A stretch of 64,000 nucleotides of DNA, taken from positions 1,167,421 to 1,231,420 of the forward strand of contig NZ_JAVKGN010000001.1 in NCBI RefSeq assembly GCF_031432215.1, in the 5' to 3' direction. Below, in pieces: positions 58,326-64,000 of the stretch. The translations under genes and the position numbers were made by a program. The stretch's first letter is position 1, and each line of letters begins with the position of its first letter. The notes under the pieces are model-generated. The model made no database searches, was not told the origin of the DNA, and saw only the letters and a list, made by a program, of their open reading frames with translations. The stretch comes from Halodesulfurarchaeum sp. HSR-GB. GTDB lineage: Archaea > Halobacteriota > Halobacteria > Halobacteriales > Halobacteriaceae.

Positions 58326-60139
58326 CAGTGGAGGAACTCGCGCAGGCCGTCGATGTCACGGGTATTGAGCACGTCCTCGGCTTCTGCCCAGCCGCGACGG
58401 GCGGTGTGGACACCGAACCGCTGGTAGGCGAACTCGCTGGGCGCATGGGCGTCGGTGTCGATGGCGATGGTCGCGCCGGCTTCGATCGCCGCCTTGACGG
58501 CACGCCCCCAGAGGTCCAGCCGGTGGGGGTTGGCGTTGACCTCCAGGGCGACGCCGTTTTCGGCCGCCGCCGCGCCGAGCCGATCGGCGTCGAACGTCAT
58601 CGCGGGCCGCTGGTTCAGCAGCCGACCGCTGGGATGGCCGAGCACGTCGACAGCCGGGTGTTCCATCGCTTTGATCAGGCGTTCGGTCCGATCCTCGTCG
58701 TCTCCCAGGTCCGCGTGTGGCGAGGCGATCACCACGTCAAGTTCACCCAGCACGGCCGCGTCGGTTTCGCCAACCGCGCCGTCCGGGCCGACGTTCGCCT
58801 CGATTCCGGTGAGGACCTCGATGGGTGCGTCCGCGGCGACAGCCCGTACCTCCTCGATCTGCTCGCGAATCTCCTCGTCCGCGAGCCCGCTGTCGCCGAA
58901 CACGCCCGGTCCGGCGGCGTGATCCGAGATGACCAGATAGTCGTGGCCGTATTCGGCGGCTCCGGCCACCATCTCCTCGATGGAGTGGTTGCCGTCCGAC
59001 CAGGTGGTGTGGGCGTGGAGATCGCCACGGAGATCCCCTGCTTCGACCAGATCGGGGAGCGAGTCCTCAGCGGCCGCCTCGATCTCCCCGCGGTTCTCCC
59101 GCAACTCCGGCGGTATCCAGGGCAGATCGATCGCCTCGTAGACACCTGTCTCGTCCTCGCCGGCGAGCCTGGTCCCGGCCCGGGTGTCCTGCTCGGCGCG
59201 CTCTGTGTCGGTGACGGCGAAGACCCCATACTCGTTGACCTTGCGCTCGCGTTCGATCGCCCGGTTCCGCAGGGCGATGTTGTGATCGCGACTGCCGGTG
59301 AAGTACACGAGTGCGCTCCCGAACTCCGCGGGATCCACCAGCCGAAAGTCGACCTGCATATCGGCCACGCGGAGACTCGTCTTGGTCTCGCCCGATTCGG
59401 CCACGGACTCCACACGCTCCCAGTCGGTGAGTTGGGCTGTGACCTCGGCCTTCGAGTCACTCGCGATCAGTACGTCCACGTCGCCGATCGTGGGTCGCCA
59501 GCGCCTGAGCGAACCGGCCAGGGCAGCCGCTTCCACGCCGTCGAGGTCTCTCGCGTACGCGAGGACGTCCTCACCGACCGGTCGGGCGTTCCCGAGCAGG
59601 ACCCGTTCGCCGGCCTGTCTGGCGAAGGGGATGTTCGCCAAAATGTTCTGCTCGGTCTTGGCCCCGAACCCCGAGACGGACTGGATCTCGCCGGCCTCGG
59701 CGGCGGCTTCGAGATCGTCGAGGGTCTGGATGCCGAGTGCCTCGTAGAGCGCCCCAACCGTCTTCGGACCCACGCCCTCGACGCGGGTGAGTGCCGCCAT
59801 GTCCACCGGCAGGTTCGCTCGCTCTGTTTCGAGTTCCTCGATCGAGCCGGTCTCGACGTACTCGATTATCTTCTCGCCGATGGCCTCGCCGACCCCCTCG
59901 ATCGCCGTGACGGCATCCAGTCCCGACGCGGCGAGGTCCTCGATCGGCTCCGGGTGGGAGCGAACGTTCGCGGCCGCGTTCCGGTAGGCTCTGGGTTTGT
60001 ACTCGACGTCTTGGGCCTCCAGGAGGGCCGCGAATTCCTCCAGCCGGTCGGCGACCGTGTCGTTTGTTACCACGTGTTCCCCCGGCGACCGCCTCGCTTC
60101 TCGTCCTCGCCGGTCACCGAATCGAGAAAGGATCGCCAC
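58325..60139 (-). CDS. polX: Family X DNA polymerase (PolX) with C-terminal PHP phosphoesterase domain
   Basis: HhH motifs (GVGEAIGEKI, GVGPKTVGAL), Pol-beta nucleotidyltransferase core (GSLRRWRPTIGDVDVLI), PHP domain (DLHAHTTWSDG, IDTDAH). A likely GTG alternative start is at 60073 (MVTNDTVADRLEE). Confidence 0.85.
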   Translation of the reverse strand: MAILSRFGDRRGREARRSPGEHVVTNDTVADRLEEFAALLEAQDVEYKPRAYRNAAANVRSHPEPIEDLAASGLDAVTAIEGVGEAIGEKIIEYVETGSIEELETERANLPVDMAALTRVEGVGPKTVGALYEALGIQTLDDLEAAAEAGEIQSVSGFGAKTEQNILANIPFARQAGERVLLGNARPVGEDVLAYARDLDGVEAAALAGSLRRWRPTIGDVDVLIASDSKAEVTAQLTDWERVESVAESGETKTSLRVADMQVDFRLVDPAEFGSALVYFTGSRDHNIALRNRAIERERKVNEYGVFAVTDTERAEQDTRAGTRLAGEDETGVYEAIDLPWIPPELRENRGEIEAAAEDSLPDLVEAGDLRGDLHAHTTWSDGNHSIEEMVAGAAEYGHDYLVISDHAAGPGVFGDSGLADEEIREQIEEVRAVAADAPIEVLTGIEANVGPDGAVGETDAAVLGELDVVIASPHADLGDDEDRTERLIKAMEHPAVDVLGHPSGRLLNQRPAMTFDADRLGAAAAENGVALEVNANPHRLDLWGRAVKAAIEAGATIAIDTDAHAPSEFAYQRFGVHTARRGWAEAEDVLNTRDIDGLREFLH

Positions 60140-60534
60140 CGCTTCTGATCGGCCCGTTCTCGTCGTCGCGTTTCGGCTTCGAGGTCGGTATCGGCGTCGG
60201 ATTCCAGGGCCGTCAGCGCCCGATCGATCCCGAGAATCGACTCCGCGAGCCGTTCGCCGCGATCCCGGGAAATTTCCCCGGCCTCGATTTCGGCCCGGCG
60301 TCGCTTCCGCTCGGCTCGCAGCTCCCGGATCAGCGACTGGACATCTTCTTCCGATGGTTCGGGGCCTTCGCTTCTCGCGTCGAGGACGAACGCCGCGAGA
60401 TCGATCTGCTCGCCGGCCACCTCCAGGGTGTCGGGGATCGAGGCCCCGACCGTGGCGCCCTCACGATCGATCCGTTCGAGGAGTCGCTCGCGTTCGTAAT
60501 CCTGCACACCAGTTCGTACTCGGCCAAACCCCAA
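60067..60534 (-). CDS. Hypothetical charged coiled-coil protein immediately upstream of PolX (non-ATG start)
   Basis: 155-aa frame with high GC3 and no internal Met, so a TTG/GTG start is required. The start is uncertain. Confidence 0.35.
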   Translation of the reverse strand: MGFGRVRTGVQDYERERLLERIDREGATVGASIPDTLEVAGEQIDLAAFVLDARSEGPEPSEEDVQSLIRELRAERKRRRAEIEAGEISRDRGERLAESILGIDRALTALESDADTDLEAETRRRERADQKRWRSFLDSVTGEDEKRGGRRGNTW

Positions 60535-60590
60535 AAATCCACACGTCCGCCGTCGGGAGTTTTATCCCGAGGACTGACAAACCCGTGCCC

Positions 60591-61496
60591 ATGGTGCGAT
60601 GTGACTACTGTGGGCGCGAGGAGGGCATGCCGTACCAGTGTCGCATGTGCGGCGGCACGTTCTGTTCCGAGCACCGGCTCCCCGAGAATCACGACTGTCC
60701 GGGACTGGATCAGTGGGAGGACCCGGGCGGGGTCTTCGACTCGGGATTCGACGACTCGGTCTCGGGCTCCTCCACGCGGGCCGGGCGGAGTGTCCTCGAA
60801 CGGCTCGGTCTGGGGAGCGGCCCGGGTGGGATCGGGGGGTACGTCCGGCGGAACATGACCTACGTCTTCCTCGCGATCATCTGGCTTGTCTTCCCGCTGG
60901 AACTCCTGGTCGCGTTCGGCCTCCAGGACGCACAGCTCTTTAGCGCCCTCTTCACGCTCGATACGAACCACATCGAGTACGTCTGGACCTGGGTCACCTC
61001 GATCTTCGCTCACTCCCCGACGAACTTCATGCACATCTTCTTCAACAGCATCGTGCTGTACTTCTTCGGCCCGGTCGTCGAGCGGAAGATCGGGTCGAAG
61101 GCCTTCGCGGCGCTGTTCCTCGTCAGCGGGGTCGCCGCCGGTCTGGCCCAGGTCCTCGCGACCCTGGCCGTCGGCGGGACGGCCACGGTCCTCGGCGCGA
61201 GCGGGGCCATCGCGGCGCTGCTGGGTGTCTTGACGGTGCTCAACCCGAACCTCCGGATCTACCTGTACTTCATCCTGCCCATGCCCCTCTGGGTCGCGAC
61301 CGCGCTGTTCGCGGGCTACTCGGTGCTCGTGAGCACCGCTGGCGGAGTCGGATTCGGTGGCGTCGCGCAGATCGCCCACCTCGCGGGACTCGGAATCGGC
61401 CTGCTGTACGGGCTGTACCTCAAGCGGACTGGAACCCGCGCCCCCCAGCAGCTCCGGATCGGGGGCAGCGGGCCCAATCGCCGTCGTCGCCGCTGA
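60591..61496 (+). CDS. Rhomboid intramembrane serine protease with N-terminal AN1-type zinc finger
   Basis: CDYCG...CRMCGGTFCSEHRLPENHDC (AN1 ZnF). Rhomboid core with GASGAI catalytic Ser motif and a downstream His (AHLAGL). Confidence 0.85.
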   Translation: MVRCDYCGREEGMPYQCRMCGGTFCSEHRLPENHDCPGLDQWEDPGGVFDSGFDDSVSGSSTRAGRSVLERLGLGSGPGGIGGYVRRNMTYVFLAIIWLVFPLELLVAFGLQDAQLFSALFTLDTNHIEYVWTWVTSIFAHSPTNFMHIFFNSIVLYFFGPVVERKIGSKAFAALFLVSGVAAGLAQVLATLAVGGTATVLGASGAIAALLGVLTVLNPNLRIYLYFILPMPLWVATALFAGYSVLVSTAGGVGFGGVAQIAHLAGLGIGLLYGLYLKRTGTRAPQQLRIGGSGPNRRRRR

Positions 61497-61497
61497 G

Positions 61498-62280
61498 ATG
61501 AAGCCGGTCCGTCCGGAGTACGTTCCGAACCCCGACGCCTCGCGGGACGAAATGGACGCCCTTCAGCGCGAAATCGCGAGTGTCGCCACGTTTGCCGACG
61601 CTGGCTGTCCCGCCCCCGCAGCCGTCGAGATCGAGGGGCCACTCGACCTCGACCAGCGGACTTCGCCAGCGGGCAACGAGCCAATCGTCGCCGGCGTCGA
61701 TCAGGCCTTTCTGGACGGGGTCGCGGTGAGCGCCGTCGTCGCAATTCAGGGCGACTCGGTCGTCGAGGTCGCCTGTGGTCGGACCGAACTCTCGATCCCC
61801 TACATCCCCGGCTTGCTCTCCTTTCGCGAGGGCGGGCCGATAATCGACGCGCTCGACTCGCTCTCGGTCGATCCGGACCTCCTTTTCTTCGATGGGAGCG
61901 GGCGTATCCACTACCGACAGGCCGGGCTCGCGACCCATCTCGGGGTGCTCTACGACCGCCCAGCCATCGGCGTGGCGAAGAACCTGCTCTGTGGCCAGCC
62001 GGCCGAATCGCTGGCTGAACCGCTGCCGGCTGGCACCCAGGTACCGATTTATGCGGACGAATCGGTGACGGCTGAGCCGGGGACGATTCTCGGATACGCC
62101 TACCAGTCACGGCAGTTCCCGAACCCCGAGGTCCGGCACGTGAACCCCATTTACGTGAGTCCGGGCCATCGCGTGAGCGCCGAGACCGCCGTGTCGCTGG
62201 TCGCCGCGATGGGAGCCGGCTACAAGCTACCCGAACCGGTGCGCCTGGCCGATCGGGCCGCATCGGACTGCAAGCATTAA
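61498..62280 (+). CDS. nfi: Endonuclease V
   Basis: Endonuclease V motifs (LVAGVDQAF, FREGGPI, GVAKN). Starts 1 nt after the rhomboid stop. Confidence 0.85.
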   Translation: MKPVRPEYVPNPDASRDEMDALQREIASVATFADAGCPAPAAVEIEGPLDLDQRTSPAGNEPIVAGVDQAFLDGVAVSAVVAIQGDSVVEVACGRTELSIPYIPGLLSFREGGPIIDALDSLSVDPDLLFFDGSGRIHYRQAGLATHLGVLYDRPAIGVAKNLLCGQPAESLAEPLPAGTQVPIYADESVTAEPGTILGYAYQSRQFPNPEVRHVNPIYVSPGHRVSAETAVSLVAAMGAGYKLPEPVRLADRAASDCKH

Positions 62281-62304
62281 CTGCCTCTCGGGCGAGGGTG
62301 GGGT

Positions 62305-63123
62305 ATGGAACGGACCGTACTCGTCACCGGTTGCTCCTCGGGCATCGGCCATGCGACGGCCGAGGCCTTTCTTGCGGAGGGGTGGACGGTGATCGCGACC
62401 GCTCGCGAGGAGGCAGACATCACGGACCTCGCCGAGAAGGGAGCCCTCACCCACGAACTCGACGTGACTAAACCTGCCCAGTGCCAGGACGTGATCGACT
62501 GGACGATCGCGGAGACCGGGCGACTGGACTGTCTCGTGAACAACGCGGGCTACGCGCAGTTCGGCCCGCTTGAGGACGTGCCGACCCGACACGTCGAGTC
62601 CCAGTTCGACGTGAACGTCTTCGGCCCGCACCGACTCGTGAGGGCCGCCCTCCCCCACATGCGCGAGGCCGAACGCGGGACCATCGTCAACGTCTCCTCC
62701 GTTTCCGGGCTGCTCTCGGCGCCAGGAATGGGCGTGTACTCCGCCTCGAAGGCCGCCCTCGAATCGATGAGCGACGCGCTCCGGGCGGAGGTCACGCCCT
62801 TCGACATCGACGTGGCCCTCGTCGAGCCCGGGCCGGTGAACACGCAGTTCGAGGACCGCGCACAGTCCTCGCTCGTTGATCTCGACCGAACGGGAGCCTA
62901 CGAGGACCTCTACGGTGCGCTCACCGATGCGGGAATCGTCGGCGAGATGGGTGCTGTCCCACCGGAACGGGTGGCCGCTGTGATTCTCGAAGCTGGGACC
63001 TCGACGGATCCGCAGTCGCGGTATACCGTCGGCCCGGCCGCGAAATACCTCACGATGGCCCGGTTGCTTCCGGACCGGGTCCGGGACCGCATCTTCTCGC
63101 TTTTGCGGAGGCTCGGTGCATGA
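62305..63123 (+). CDS. SDR-family short-chain dehydrogenase/reductase
   Basis: TGCSSGIG Rossmann motif, NNAG, YSASKAAL catalytic triad region. Confidence 0.85.
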   Translation: MERTVLVTGCSSGIGHATAEAFLAEGWTVIATAREEADITDLAEKGALTHELDVTKPAQCQDVIDWTIAETGRLDCLVNNAGYAQFGPLEDVPTRHVESQFDVNVFGPHRLVRAALPHMREAERGTIVNVSSVSGLLSAPGMGVYSASKAALESMSDALRAEVTPFDIDVALVEPGPVNTQFEDRAQSSLVDLDRTGAYEDLYGALTDAGIVGEMGAVPPERVAAVILEAGTSTDPQSRYTVGPAAKYLTMARLLPDRVRDRIFSLLRRLGA

Positions 63124-64000
63124 CACGGATTCAGAACCGGGCGGCACTCGCCCAGTCGCCGGCCCACGAGACGGTTCTCGACGCGCTGCTCGCTGGCATC
63201 GAGGCGAGTGACCCGGCGACGGTCGTCGAGTCGACGGTCTCACTCGACGGTGACCAGCTCCGGGTTGGAGAGACGACCTACGACCTGGCAGCCTACAGCG
63301 AGGTCGTCGTCCTGGGTGGCGGGAACGCCGCCTCGCAGGTCGCTCGGGCACTCGAAGCGGTCCTCGGCGACCGGCTCGACGGCGGGCTGGTTGTCACCGA
63401 CGATCCCGTGGAAACCGAGCGGGTGACGGTGCGGCCCGGGGATCACCCGGTGCCGAGCGAGCGCGGCGTCGAATCCACCCGACAACTCCTGAACCGGGCC
63501 GCGGCAGCGACCGAGGAGACTCTCGTCCTGGGTGTAATCACCGGTGGCGGCAGTGCGCTGATGCCGGCCCCGGCGGCGGGCATCGAACTCGACGATCTGG
63601 TCGCGACAACCGATCAGTTGCTCCAGAGTGGCGCGCCGATCCAGGACATCAACGCCGTCCGCAAGCACCTCTCGGCGATCAAGGGCGGTCAGCTCGCGGC
63701 CCTGGCGGCCCCGGCGACGGTCGTTTCGCTCGTTCTCAGTGACGTCGTGGGGAACCATCTGGATGTGATCGCCAGTGGCCCGCTCGTTCCCGATCCGAGC
63801 ACCTTCGCGGACGCCCAGGCCGTGATCGATCGCTTCGATCTCTCGCTGCCGGATTCGGTCAGCGAACGCATTCGAGCCGGCGTCGCCGGGGACCTCGAAG
63901 AGACGCCGAAACCGGGCGATCCGGTCTTCGAGCACGTCTCGACACACGTCATCGCGGACGGGATGACGGCCCTCACGGCCGCTGCGGACGTGACCGAGGC
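63120..64000 (+). CDS. Glycerate 2-kinase (MOFRL family), 3' end outside the window
   Basis: VVLGGGNAASQ, ITGGGSALM, KHLSAIKGG motifs. ATGA overlap with the SDR stop. The frame is open at the window end. Confidence 0.65.
   Translation, partial: MTRIQNRAALAQSPAHETVLDALLAGIEASDPATVVESTVSLDGDQLRVGETTYDLAAYSEVVVLGGGNAASQVARALEAVLGDRLDGGLVVTDDPVETERVTVRPGDHPVPSERGVESTRQLLNRAAAATEETLVLGVITGGGSALMPAPAAGIELDDLVATTDQLLQSGAPIQDINAVRKHLSAIKGGQLAALAAPATVVSLVLSDVVGNHLDVIASGPLVPDPSTFADAQAVIDRFDLSLPDSVSERIRAGVAGDLEETPKPGDPVFEHVSTHVIADGMTALTAAADVTE

Noticed and set aside
58229-60148. 639-aa plus-strand ORF opposite PolX
   Set aside because: Antisense shadow ORF. The PolX HhH and PHP motifs are on the minus strand.
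1-64000. CRISPR arrays, IS elements, integrases, tRNA/rRNA genes
   Set aside because: No regularly spaced direct repeats, no transposase or integrase-like ORFs, no tRNA A/B-box-like or rRNA-like segments in the larger spacers. The window looks like core chromosome.

Overview
This is a high-GC (about 66-67%) haloarchaeal chromosomal segment, judging from composition, acidic proteomes, leaderless-style gene starts and gene content. It is densely packed, with roughly 64 protein genes and no rRNA, tRNA, CRISPR array, transposase or integrase that I could see. Left to right it contains:

- 1-7.9 kb: a seven-gene archaeal type IV filament-like (FlaI/TadA-type ATPase plus FlaJ/TadC-type membrane protein) locus. 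It carries several prepilin-like genes whose ends overlap by ATGA, including a 957-aa one.
- 7.9-10.2 kb: an MFS transporter and a NUDIX hydrolase.
- 10.2-10.8 kb: an Hsp20 gene coupled to an unannotated 52-aa zinc-ribbon microprotein.
- 10.9-12.6 kb: a radical SAM protein with a C-terminal HhH region.
- 12.6-14.0 kb: TRAM, YkgJ and wHTH genes.
- 14.0-18.0 kb: an AT-rich divergent promoter island, then methyltransferase, GT2, amidohydrolase, SAM hydroxide adenosyltransferase and nadM.
- 18.2-21.0 kb: the lonB-abi (CPBP) pair.
- 20.9-21.4 kb: an MGMT-family gene whose catalytic Cys is replaced by Asp.
- 21.5-27.4 kb: trpCBA plus the archaeal aroA'/aroB' genes, with a convergent aroD.
- 27.5-44.5 kb: tfb, an AglD-like GT2/flippase fusion, stomatin-NfeD, pyruvate kinase with a coupled 50-aa membrane microprotein, metG, a LiaF-like repeat protein, DedA, mfnA, an M48 peptidase, ppsA and hpt.
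- 44.6-51.8 kb: mtnP, scpA-smc and gatB.
- 52-64 kb: topA, a possible NreA-like DNA repair protein, a CPBP protease, a PolX - Mut7-C nuclease operon, an AN1-zinc-finger rhomboid coupled to endonuclease V, an SDR and a 3'-truncated glycerate kinase.

Many long shadow ORFs on the opposite strand are GC-composition artefacts. The most interesting candidates are the uncharacterised pilus-like locus, the Cys-to-Asp alkyltransferase-like protein, the PolX - Mut7-C operon and two translationally coupled microproteins missing from the ORF track.
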